Source of the DNA: Candidatus Limnocylindrales bacterium
GTDB lineage: Bacteria > Chloroflexota > Limnocylindria > Limnocylindrales > CSP1-4
Reading direction: 5' to 3'
DNA length: 64,000 bases
NCBI GenBank assembly: GCA_046707905.1
Contig: JBKKDM010000177.1
Coordinates: 80,877-144,876 of the forward strand
Part shown: piece after piece, positions 29,078 to 37,896 of the stretch
Position numbering within the stretch: the first letter of the stretch is position 1
Layout of the letters: every line of letters starts with the position of its first letter
Notes under the pieces: generated by a model
The model's database searches: none
Told to the model about the DNA's origin: nothing
Seen by the model: the letters and a program-made list of their open reading frames with translations, nothing else
Program-made: the position numbers and the translations under genes

Positions 29078-29734
29078 GTGACTGGATTCACCCGATCGCC
29101 GCGGCTCGTCAAGGGGGGTCTCGTGCTCCTCGAGCCCCTGACGGGTGCGCCGCTCGGCGTCATCGCGTTGCAGTACAACCCGGACTCGCTGTCGCGCACG
29201 CTGCAGGTGCAGGGGACCGGCGAGGGCGGCGCGCGGAGCGACGCCCTCCGCCTGAAGGGCCCGCCAATCGAGACGATCAAGCTCGAGGCTGAGGTCGATG
29301 CGACGGATCAGCTCGCCGACCCATCCGCCAACCCGACGGCCGTCGCGGTCGGAATCCACCCACAGCTTGCCGCCCTCGAGATGCTCGCCTATCCGAGCTC
29401 GACCGCCATGTTCGTCAACGCCGTCCTCTCGGCCATCGGCACGATCGAGGTCGTGCCGATGGAGGCGCCGCTCAGCCTGTTCGCCTGGAGTCCCAACCGG
29501 GTCGTCCCGGTCCGCATCACGGACTTCTCGATCACCGAGGAGGCCTTCGATCAGCACCTCAATCCGATCCGCGCGAAGGTGAGCCTCGGGCTTCGGGTCC
29601 TCACACCAGACGACCTCGGGCTGCTGCATCGGGGGAGTGCCATCTTCATGGCCCACCTGATCGCCAAGGAAGCACTTGCACGCAGGGCCCCACGCGCGAG
29701 CCTCGGCCGGCTGGGCCTCGGAGGCGTGCCGTGA
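29078..29734 (+). CDS. Tube-like / baseplate-proximal hypothetical protein (possible second tube-family or tube-initiator component)
   Basis: Beta-rich 218-aa protein immediately before the LysM and gpD genes. Weak resemblance to tube-fold proteins. Assignment tentative. Confidence 0.4.
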   Translation: MTGFTRSPRLVKGGLVLLEPLTGAPLGVIALQYNPDSLSRTLQVQGTGEGGARSDALRLKGPPIETIKLEAEVDATDQLADPSANPTAVAVGIHPQLAALEMLAYPSSTAMFVNAVLSAIGTIEVVPMEAPLSLFAWSPNRVVPVRITDFSITEEAFDQHLNPIRAKVSLGLRVLTPDDLGLLHRGSAIFMAHLIAKEALARRAPRASLGRLGLGGVP

Positions 29735-30099
29735 ACGAGACCAATCCAGAGCTCGCGGCATTGCTGAATCCGGATCCGGCCACGACGCCCAGATTCCCGC
29801 CCAACAGTCGATACGCGGCCACGCCGATCGCCAGGCTGACAGCCCCGGACGGCCGGGAAGTGCCGTACCTGCGCCGTCGGTTCGTTCCATCTCCGGAGCG
29901 GTTCGCCGTGATCAGTGAACACCGAGTCGAGGAGGGAGATCGACTGGACCGGATCGCGGCGCAGGAGCTGGGTGATCCCGAATTGTTCTGGCGTCTCTGT
30001 GACGCCAACGGAGCGATGCGACCGTCTGAGCTCACGGAAACGATCAGGCGCCCCCTCAGGATCACGCTTCCAGACGGGATCCCCGGAGGCGAACGGTGA
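29731..30099 (+). CDS. LysM-like tail protein (P2 gpX-like)
   Basis: HRVEEGDRLDRIAAQELGDPELFWRLCDANG resembles a LysM motif. Positioned immediately before the gpD-like gene as in P2. GTGA/ATGA overlap. Confidence 0.6.
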   Translation: MNETNPELAALLNPDPATTPRFPPNSRYAATPIARLTAPDGREVPYLRRRFVPSPERFAVISEHRVEEGDRLDRIAAQELGDPELFWRLCDANGAMRPSELTETIRRPLRITLPDGIPGGER

Positions 30100-31244
30100 T
30101 CGGCGGCGTGCATCTGACGCTGCTCATCGGGCCCGGAGTCCCCATCCCGGCGCCGCCGCCGATCGTCGATGCGCTCGAGTCGATCCAGGTTACGACCGGC
30201 CGCGACCGCGCAGGTTTCCAGTTGGCCTTCGAGGTCGGGCCGACCTCCCTGATCCAGAACGTGCTGCTGCCAGCTGGCTTCTTTGATCCGATCGTGACAC
30301 GCGTGATCGTCATGGTCACGGTGCGCGGAATCCCCCAAGTCCTGATCGACGGTGTGGTGACCCGACATGAGGTTGGCGCCTCGAACGAGCCCGGAAAGTC
30401 GACCCTCACGGTGACCGGCGAAGACCTGACGGTCCTCATGGACCTGGCGGAAATGCCATTCATGCGGTACCCGGGCCAACCGGTGCCGGTGCGAGTTGCC
30501 GCGATCCTCGCCAAGTACGCCGCGTTCGGCATCGCCCCAATCACGATCCCGCCCTTGATGCCGGGCACCGTGAATCCCCTCGACGAGCTGCCAAGTCAGC
30601 GTGGCACCGATCTCGCCTATATCCGCGAGCTGGCGGGCCATGCCGGCTACGTCTTCTACCTGGAGCCGGGGCCAGCACCCGGCATGAGCCTCGCCTACTT
30701 CGGTCCGGACATTCGCATCCCGCTGCCGCAGCCGGCGCTCGCCATCAACACCGGGGCCGGCTCGAATGTCGAGTCGCTCACCTTCAGCCTCGACGGCATG
30801 GCAAAGAAGGTCGTCGTGCTGTCGGTCTTCGACCCGGCGACCAAGAAGATCCCGCTCCCGCTCCCCGTTCCACCGATCAACGTGCTGCGCCCGCCGCTGG
30901 GGCTGCGCCCAACCCTTCCAGCGAAGCTCGAGTTCACCCAGGAGGAATCCGGGCTCGACATCTCCGAGGCCATCGGCCGGGCCCTGGCGCTGAGCATCGC
31001 TAGCTCGGCCGCGATCACCGCCAACGGCTCGCTCGACGTGGCCCGCTATGGACGGCCACTGCGTGCGCGAATGCTCGTGGGAGTTCGGGGTGCCGGGTTC
31101 ACCTACGACGGCCTCTACTACGTCGACTCAGTGAGCCACGACATACGCCGCGGCGCGTACAAGCAGACGTTTTCGCTGTCGCGAGACGGGCTCATCTCGG
31201 CGACGCCCATCGTCCCGACGGACCCGATCGGAGTTGTCGCATGA
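30096..31244 (+). CDS. Phage late control gene D (gpD) family baseplate hub protein
   Basis: 382 aa, in the conserved position after the LysM gene. C-terminal YDGLYYVDSVSHDI...GAYKQTFSL is typical of the gpD family. Confidence 0.7.
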   Translation: MIGGVHLTLLIGPGVPIPAPPPIVDALESIQVTTGRDRAGFQLAFEVGPTSLIQNVLLPAGFFDPIVTRVIVMVTVRGIPQVLIDGVVTRHEVGASNEPGKSTLTVTGEDLTVLMDLAEMPFMRYPGQPVPVRVAAILAKYAAFGIAPITIPPLMPGTVNPLDELPSQRGTDLAYIRELAGHAGYVFYLEPGPAPGMSLAYFGPDIRIPLPQPALAINTGAGSNVESLTFSLDGMAKKVVVLSVFDPATKKIPLPLPVPPINVLRPPLGLRPTLPAKLEFTQEESGLDISEAIGRALALSIASSAAITANGSLDVARYGRPLRARMLVGVRGAGFTYDGLYYVDSVSHDIRRGAYKQTFSLSRDGLISATPIVPTDPIGVVA

Positions 31245-31771
31245 CCGCCCGACCTGCGCGACGGTTCCTCGGCAAGTACCGCGGCGTCGTCACGCAGAAC
31301 ATCGATCCGTTGCTGCGTGGCCGATTGCTCTGCATCGTGCCTGACGTGCTCGGTTCCGTGCCCTCGAGTTGGGCGGAGCCGTGCGTTCCGCTCGCAGGTC
31401 CGACCGGGCCACCCATGGGCGTCTACATGGTCCCGCCGATCGGCGCAGGCGTGTGGGTTGAGTTCGAGCGGGGCGATCCATCCAAGCCGATTTGGGTGGG
31501 CTGCCGATGGGGCAGCCAGTCGGACATTCCGCCACTGGCTCGTGCGGGCCTGCCGATCTCCCCGAACATCGTCCTGCAGACGGCCGGTCAAAACGCCATT
31601 GTCGTCAGTGACCTTCCCGGGCCGAGCGGTGGAATCATGCTGAAGAGCACGACCGGCGCCATGATCATCGTCAACGACACCGGGATCTATATCCAGAACG
31701 GCAAGGGCGCCTCGATCGTCATGACCGGCCCGACGGTCAACGTCAACGCCGGCGCCCTGACCGTGGTGTAG
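31241..31771 (+). CDS. Baseplate spike protein (gpV / gp5 OB-fold family)
   Basis: FLGKYRGVVTQNIDPLLRGRLLCIVPDVLG...WAEPCVPLAGP...GVWVEFERGDPSKPIWVG is the gpV N-terminal OB-fold pattern. Confidence 0.75.
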   Translation: MTARPARRFLGKYRGVVTQNIDPLLRGRLLCIVPDVLGSVPSSWAEPCVPLAGPTGPPMGVYMVPPIGAGVWVEFERGDPSKPIWVGCRWGSQSDIPPLARAGLPISPNIVLQTAGQNAIVVSDLPGPSGGIMLKSTTGAMIIVNDTGIYIQNGKGASIVMTGPTVNVNAGALTVV

Positions 31772-31773
31772 CG

Positions 31774-32094
31774 ATGCCCGGCCCGGTGCTCCACCTCGGC
31801 GCGACCGTCCTGTGCTCCCACGGCGGCCAAGCGACCCCAACGACCCCCAACGCACGGGTCACGGTGAGCGCGCAACCCGTCGCGACGGTCGCCAGCCCGT
31901 ACGGCGTGGTCGGGTGTCCCTTTGTTCCGAACGCCGGAAACGGCCCCTGCACGACGGGCCAGTGGTCAGCCGGCGCTACCCGGGTCTTCGCTGCCGGGCA
32001 GCCCGTCGTCGTGATGAGCGGAACCTCGACTTGCGTGCCGACCGGCACGCCTCTCGCTCCCGTGTCATCCCAGACGCGGGTCATCGCGACCTGA
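31774..32094 (+). CDS. PAAR-like (DUF4280) spike-tip protein
   Basis: 106 aa. HLGATVLCSHGGQATPTTPNARVTV and repeated Cys/Gly/Pro pattern typical of DUF4280. Directly follows the spike gene. Confidence 0.6.
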   Translation: MPGPVLHLGATVLCSHGGQATPTTPNARVTVSAQPVATVASPYGVVGCPFVPNAGNGPCTTGQWSAGATRVFAAGQPVVVMSGTSTCVPTGTPLAPVSSQTRVIAT

Positions 32095-32096
32095 CG

Positions 32097-32462
32097 ATGC
32101 AGCTCAACTACCCGTTCCGATTTGACACCCGGCGACGGACCGCCGGCGCGGACGACGATGAGCACGTCCGCGACCTGATCGAGCAGGTGCTGTTCACCCA
32201 GCTTGGCGAGCGGGTCAATCGACCGGACTTCGGGAGCGGCCTCCTCACCCTCACGTTCGCCCCGATGTCAGACGAGATCGTGGCCGCCACCACGTTCCTG
32301 GTGCGGGGATCGCTCGAGCAATGGCTGGGCGGCCTCATCGCCGTCGAGGACGTCGCCGTCGAACGCGGAGACGGGACGCTGAACGTAACGGTCGCGTACA
32401 CGATGCGCAGAACGGGCGAGCAACGGGTCGCCCAGTTCTCGAGACCTGCGGGCGCGCCATGA
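32097..32462 (+). CDS. Baseplate wedge protein gp25 / GPW family
   Basis: MQLNYPFRFD...VRDLIEQVLFTQLGERVNRPDFGSGLLTLTFAPMSDE fits the GPW/gp25 pattern. Confidence 0.8.
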   Translation: MQLNYPFRFDTRRRTAGADDDEHVRDLIEQVLFTQLGERVNRPDFGSGLLTLTFAPMSDEIVAATTFLVRGSLEQWLGGLIAVEDVAVERGDGTLNVTVAYTMRRTGEQRVAQFSRPAGAP

Positions 32463-35077
32463 GCCTGCTCTTCGCCTGCTGCGATGAACGCCGACGGGCT
32501 GCGCTCCTGGGTCACAGCAGCCTGAATGGCATCGATGACCTCCGCGTCGAGTCGCTGGCCGCCGCCGACCTTGATGCCGTTGAGCAGGCGGAACAACTGC
32601 AGCTGCCACCGAACCGCCGAGCCGAACTGCTCTGGCAGCGACGGCTGACGCTTCGCTTCGTCAATCCGCTCACCGGACCTCAGCTTGGCCTGACGTCAGA
32701 GCAGGTGCAGATCGAAGGGGGCGCGCGGGTCCGTGGGATCAGCGCCCTCGTGCTCTCCGCCGGGGGTCAGGAGATCGTGCTCAAGGCCTCGATGGCCGGC
32801 GATTTCAGTCGCTACACCCTCCGCCTCGTCCGGTCCTCGACTGACGATCGCCCGCCGCTGGGCTTCGACCCGATCCTGTCAAGGATCGACTTCTCGTTCA
32901 AGGTCAACTGCCCATCAGAGTTTGATTGCCGGGACGCCCACGTCTGCCTGCGGCCCGCCGCAGTCGAACCGGTCATCGACTATTTGGCCAAGGACTACGG
33001 CAGCTTCCGCCGGGTCCTCCTCGACCGGATGGCCCTCCTGGCGCCGCAGTGGCGCGAGCGAAACCCCGCCGATCTCGGGATCGCGCTCGTCGAGGTCCTC
33101 GCATACGCCGGCGATCAGCTCAGCTATTTCCAGGACGCGGTCGCGACCGAGGCGTACCTCGCTACCGCCCGAAAACGCACCTCGATTCGGCGACTCGCCC
33201 GGCTCGTCGACTATTCGATGCACCAAGGATCGAACGCCAGGACCTGGATCCAGGTCGAAGTCGCTGCCGACACCATCGTCGGTCAGGACCTGCGCTGCAT
33301 CTCCGGTGCGCTCGCCTTACCCGACCGTATCGCCCCCGGCTCGCCCGAGGAGGAGGCGGCCGAGAACTCGGCGAGTGAGTGGTTCGAGATCGTGACGCCC
33401 GATCCGGACCCCGCTGCGGTCTCGGCCCCGATCGAGCTCTTCGCCGATCACAACCACATGACGTTCTACACGTGGGGAGACGATGAGTGCTGCCTCCCTG
33501 CAGGTGCGACGCGAGCCACCTTGCGAGGAGCCCATCCCGATCTCGCCGTCGGCATGGTCCTGGTTCTCGAAGAGGCGCTCGGTCCCAAGACGGGGGACGC
33601 AGCAGATGCCGACCCAGCCGCGCGACAGGCCGTCCGGCTCGTCGACGTCCGCCACAGCGACGAGGGCAACGCGCTCGTCGACCCGCTCGACGGAACGCCG
33701 ATCACCGAGATCGAGTGGCACCGCGGGGACGCGCTCACCCGCCCCTTCTGCATCAGCGCACGGACGACGGACAACGCGCCCGTGGCTGATGCGACGGTGA
33801 TTCGCGGCAACGTCCTCCTCGTGGACCATGGGCGTCGAATCGGGCCCGAGCCGCTCGGGTCGGTGCATCGGCTACAGCGCCCGGTTCCTGACGGGCCCGC
33901 TGGCGGGTGCGATGACGTTCCTGCTGCATGTGATCCGAGCGAGCTCCAAGTGGAGACCCGTTTCCGACCGTCGCTGGAGCGCGGTCCCATCTCGATGACC
34001 GCCGTTGTGCCGGTGGTCCAGTCGACAATGACCGGACTGCGACGTCGCGCGCTCCGCTTCGACCCGGGCGGCTCGGCTCGCTCGGCACTCCTGACCGACC
34101 CAGCAGACGCCCGCCCATTCGTCCTGGTCACCAGCCTCCTGAACGGGGTGACCCGGACCTGGACGGCCGTTTCGGACTTGTTGAACAGCGGAGCATCCGG
34201 GTTGGACGCGGTCGTCGAGGTGGAAGACGACGGTCCGACAGGGCTCCGGTTCGGGGACGGCGAGCACGGGCGCCGCCCGGAGGTCGGCGAGGACTTCGTC
34301 GCTCACTACCGCATCGGCAATGGGCGCGCAGGCAACGTTGGAGCCGAGGCCATCCAGCACGTGGTCAGCGCCGACGCGCGCATCGTCCGGGTCCGAAACC
34401 CCCTCCCGGCGACCGGCGGCCGCGACCCTGAGTCGTTGGCCGAGGTGCGACGGCGTGCTCCGCAGGCTTTCCGGTCGCAGCGGCGCGCTGTCACACCGGC
34501 CGACTACGAGAACCGGACGGTCGAACGACCGGGCATTCAGCGAGCTTCCGCGAGGCTGCGCTGGACCGGCAGCTGGCATACGCATTTCGTCGCCGTCGAT
34601 CGGTCGAGCGGCGCGCCCGTCGACGAGTCGCTCGAAGGCGACCTCCGAGCGTTCGTGGAACCCTATCGCCTCGCCGGCCACGACCTCGAGTTCGACGACC
34701 CGACCTTCGTCGCCCTCGAGCTGGCCTTGGAGGTCTGCGTCGCCGATGGCTACTTCCGTGGCGACGTCCGGCGTCGCCTGTTCGAGGTCCTCTCGAATCG
34801 CCTCCTCCCAGACGGGCGCCGGGGCGTGTTCCACCCTGAGCAGCTGACATTCGGGCAGTCGGTCTACCTCTCACCCCTGCTCGCGGCAGCCCACGCCGTC
34901 GAGGGCGTGGCCTCGGCGACCGCCACGCGATTTGGACGGCTCGGCGGCGCCGATGGCGGTCGGGCCCTGGACGACGGATACATCGGCCTGAACGCGCTTG
35001 AAATCGCGCGCCTCGACAACGATCCCGATTGGCCCGAGCGAGGCGTCCTTCGCCTCGACCTCCTGGGGGGTGCGTAG
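32459..35077 (+). CDS. Baseplate J-like protein (gp6 / Afp11-like)
   Basis: ATGA overlap start MSLLFACCDERRRAALLGHSSLNGIDDL. Baseplate_J core NPADLGIALVEVLAYAGDQLSYFQDAVATEAYLATARKRTSIRRLARLVDY. 872 aa. Confidence 0.75.
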   Translation: MSLLFACCDERRRAALLGHSSLNGIDDLRVESLAAADLDAVEQAEQLQLPPNRRAELLWQRRLTLRFVNPLTGPQLGLTSEQVQIEGGARVRGISALVLSAGGQEIVLKASMAGDFSRYTLRLVRSSTDDRPPLGFDPILSRIDFSFKVNCPSEFDCRDAHVCLRPAAVEPVIDYLAKDYGSFRRVLLDRMALLAPQWRERNPADLGIALVEVLAYAGDQLSYFQDAVATEAYLATARKRTSIRRLARLVDYSMHQGSNARTWIQVEVAADTIVGQDLRCISGALALPDRIAPGSPEEEAAENSASEWFEIVTPDPDPAAVSAPIELFADHNHMTFYTWGDDECCLPAGATRATLRGAHPDLAVGMVLVLEEALGPKTGDAADADPAARQAVRLVDVRHSDEGNALVDPLDGTPITEIEWHRGDALTRPFCISARTTDNAPVADATVIRGNVLLVDHGRRIGPEPLGSVHRLQRPVPDGPAGGCDDVPAACDPSELQVETRFRPSLERGPISMTAVVPVVQSTMTGLRRRALRFDPGGSARSALLTDPADARPFVLVTSLLNGVTRTWTAVSDLLNSGASGLDAVVEVEDDGPTGLRFGDGEHGRRPEVGEDFVAHYRIGNGRAGNVGAEAIQHVVSADARIVRVRNPLPATGGRDPESLAEVRRRAPQAFRSQRRAVTPADYENRTVERPGIQRASARLRWTGSWHTHFVAVDRSSGAPVDESLEGDLRAFVEPYRLAGHDLEFDDPTFVALELALEVCVADGYFRGDVRRRLFEVLSNRLLPDGRRGVFHPEQLTFGQSVYLSPLLAAAHAVEGVASATATRFGRLGGADGGRALDDGYIGLNALEIARLDNDPDWPERGVLRLDLLGGA

Positions 35078-35079
35078 CC

Positions 35080-37896
35080 ATGACCCTGCCCCTCGAGGCC
35101 ACCTGCAGCTGCTGCCAGGGCCTCGGTCCTCGAACGCCCGGCCGAATCGAGAATCGGCCGGGACTGTCGGCGATCACGCATCGCGTGGGAACGCACGGCA
35201 CCTTCAAGGCGAGCCTGCTCGCGGCCCTCTCCAGGCGCGACGTTCCGGCACTGGGCGGCCTCGGGACGCGGGATGACGACGACTATTCGATTGCCATGAT
35301 CGATTCGTTCGCAGTCATGGCCGACATCCTGACCTTCTACACCGAGCGCATTGCGAACGAGAACTTCCTGCGGACCGCGACCGAGCGTCGATCGATCAGC
35401 GAACTGGCTCGGTTGATCGGCTACGAGCTTGCTCCCGGTCTGGCGGCTGAAACGCACCTCGCCTTCACGATCGATCCACCCCTGCCGGGCTCACCGGAAA
35501 TGCCCGTCCCAATCGCCGCCGGCGCTCGGGTCCAGAGTGTCCCGGGACCCGAGGAGCGACCCCAGACCTTCGAAACGGTCGATGCGATCTCGGCGCAACA
35601 CCGGTGGAATGAGCTCCGGGTCCAGACGATCGAGCAACAAGCGATCGGATTCGGTCAGCGTGAGCTGGTTCTCCGCGGCGCCAACCTCGGCCTCGCTCCG
35701 GGGGACGTCTTCCTGATCGTCGGAGACGAGCGTCTCGACGACCCGGGGAACGAGCGCTGGGACGCGCGAGTCCTTCGGACCGTCGACATTGACGCCACAG
35801 CCGAAACGACACGGATCACTTGGCTTGAGGGCCTTGGCAGCGCGGTGCCTCGCGTGAACCCGGCCGCGGCCAACGCGCGGGCGTTCGTCTTCCGCCAGCG
35901 CGCAGCGCTCTTTGGCCACAACGCCCCCGACCCCCGGCTGATGTCGCTGTCGGGAGAAGCCAAGGAGGCGCTGGTCAAGGACCTGACCAATGGCATCTGG
36001 AAGAACTTCGAGCTCTCCAAGAAGACGATCGATTTGGACCAGTCGTATCCGAAGGTCGTCCCGGATAGCTGGATCTTGCTGGTCAGCGAAGCCATTCCGC
36101 ATGGCGCGTCATCGCTTTCGGGGTACGCGGAGCTGTACCAGGCGCTGACGGTCGGTCATCAATCCATCAGCGCTTTCGGCCTCGCCTCGAAAGCCACGAG
36201 GGTTGGGCTCGACAGCAGCGAGCATCTCGACTGGTTCTCGCGCCGGGAGACCCTGGTCCTCGGCCAGTCGGAGGAGCTGCCAATCGCGGCCCGGCCTGTT
36301 CGGGCTCCGGTGTACGGCGACGCTCTGGCGTTCGCCGGTCATGTCCCGGGTCTATCGCGCGGGCAAGCGTTGGCGCTGACCGGGCCGGCGCAGCACATCC
36401 GGGTCACGATCGCAGGGGATGCCCTCAGCCTCACGTTTGGGGATGGGACCAGCCGCACGATGTCCACCGGCGACCGCCTCGCTCTCGCAGGACCTCCCGA
36501 GCTCGACGTGCAGGGAGCACGCGTGCCGGTCGCTCCCGTCGACCTTGAGCGGCAGCTCAATCCGGTCGCGACCGGCCCGCGGCCGAGCCTCTGGTGGAGC
36601 CTGCGAGATCGCGATGGGCGTGTCGGCACTGCGAACGCCGCCGCGTCGGCCTTCGTCCTTGATCCGGCGTTGGCCGATGCGCCGGGAGCACCCGGCGACG
36701 AGATCGTCGGCGAGGTCAGCAAGATCTCCGCCCTCGCCGACGCGATCGTGGACGACCGTGATCGGACGTCGATCCGGCTGGCCGACCCGACTCGCAACGT
36801 CTACGAGCGAGCGAGCCTGCGCATCAACGCAAACGTTGCCAGTGCCACGCATGGCGAGACCGTGAGCGAGCTGCTCGGAAGCGGCGACGGCAGCGTCGCC
36901 AACCAGCGCATCCGCCTTCGCCAGGAGCCCCTCACGTACGTCGGGTCGGAATCGCCAAGCGGTCGCCGCTCGACGCTACAGCTGCGGGTTGATGGCGCGC
37001 TCTGGGAAGAGCGGGACAGCCTCTTCAACGCTCCCCCGGGAGCACGGGCCTTCGAGGTACAGATGGGTGACGGGAGCGAGACGGATCTCCTGTTCGGGGA
37101 TGGCCGTGAAGGCGCACGCCTGCCGACTGGCCAAGGGAACATCCGGGCGACCTACCGCAAGGGCATCGGAGCCGCCGGCAACGTCCGCCGCGGCCAGCTC
37201 ACGTCGCTGCTGGCTCGTCCAACCGGCGTTCGTTCGGCGGCCAATCCAGAGCCCGCTGTCGGAGGGACGGACCCTGAGCCTGCTGGGCAGGCCCGGCGGA
37301 ACGCGCCGCGAACGGTGTTGACCCTTGGCCGTGCGGTCTCGCGGAAGGACTACGAGGACTTTGCGGCGGCTTTTGCCGGCGTCGCAAAGGCTACCGCCCT
37401 CTGGGTGCCATTTGGTCCCCAGCGAGGCATGGTCGTGACGGTGGCGGGACCTGATGGAACGACGATCCCGGCGACGGGCGAAGGCCACGACCGCCTGGTC
37501 GACGCGCTGCGCGCCTATGGCGATCAAACCCTCGATGTGCGGGTCCTGTCGTACGCGCGGGCGACCTTCGACCTCGGGCTTCTCGTCAAGGTCGATCCAG
37601 GTCGCGAAGTTCAACAGGTGGTTGCCGAGGTCCGGAAGGCACTCCTCGCCCAGTTCGATTTCAACGCGCGTGACTTCGGACAGGGCGTGGCCATCGACGA
37701 GATTGCCGCCGTCTGCCATGGGGTCGTCGGCGTGATTGCCATCGACGTGACCGTGCTCCGACGGTCCGGGCAGCCTGGACCCGACGCGAGCCCACGCTTG
37801 CACGCGACCCCGACGCTCGTCTCGGGCACGGCCGTCATGCCAGCGGAGATCTTGACGATCGATCCGGCGGCGCTCGAGCTCGGGGCGATGGCATGA
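35080..37896 (+). CDS. Second baseplate J-like large protein (gp6/gp7-pair paralogue, Afp12-like)
   Basis: Start MTLPLEATCSCCQG. Baseplate_J-like core DDDYSIAMIDSFAVMADILTFYTERIANENFLRTATERRSISELARLIGYEL. 938 aa. Confidence 0.65.
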   Translation: MTLPLEATCSCCQGLGPRTPGRIENRPGLSAITHRVGTHGTFKASLLAALSRRDVPALGGLGTRDDDDYSIAMIDSFAVMADILTFYTERIANENFLRTATERRSISELARLIGYELAPGLAAETHLAFTIDPPLPGSPEMPVPIAAGARVQSVPGPEERPQTFETVDAISAQHRWNELRVQTIEQQAIGFGQRELVLRGANLGLAPGDVFLIVGDERLDDPGNERWDARVLRTVDIDATAETTRITWLEGLGSAVPRVNPAAANARAFVFRQRAALFGHNAPDPRLMSLSGEAKEALVKDLTNGIWKNFELSKKTIDLDQSYPKVVPDSWILLVSEAIPHGASSLSGYAELYQALTVGHQSISAFGLASKATRVGLDSSEHLDWFSRRETLVLGQSEELPIAARPVRAPVYGDALAFAGHVPGLSRGQALALTGPAQHIRVTIAGDALSLTFGDGTSRTMSTGDRLALAGPPELDVQGARVPVAPVDLERQLNPVATGPRPSLWWSLRDRDGRVGTANAAASAFVLDPALADAPGAPGDEIVGEVSKISALADAIVDDRDRTSIRLADPTRNVYERASLRINANVASATHGETVSELLGSGDGSVANQRIRLRQEPLTYVGSESPSGRRSTLQLRVDGALWEERDSLFNAPPGARAFEVQMGDGSETDLLFGDGREGARLPTGQGNIRATYRKGIGAAGNVRRGQLTSLLARPTGVRSAANPEPAVGGTDPEPAGQARRNAPRTVLTLGRAVSRKDYEDFAAAFAGVAKATALWVPFGPQRGMVVTVAGPDGTTIPATGEGHDRLVDALRAYGDQTLDVRVLSYARATFDLGLLVKVDPGREVQQVVAEVRKALLAQFDFNARDFGQGVAIDEIAAVCHGVVGVIAIDVTVLRRSGQPGPDASPRLHATPTLVSGTAVMPAEILTIDPAALELGAMA

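Noticed and set aside
33872-34834. 320-aa minus-strand ORF inside the baseplate-J gene
   Set aside because: Antisense to a gene with a clear Baseplate_J core and start/stop coupling to its neighbours.
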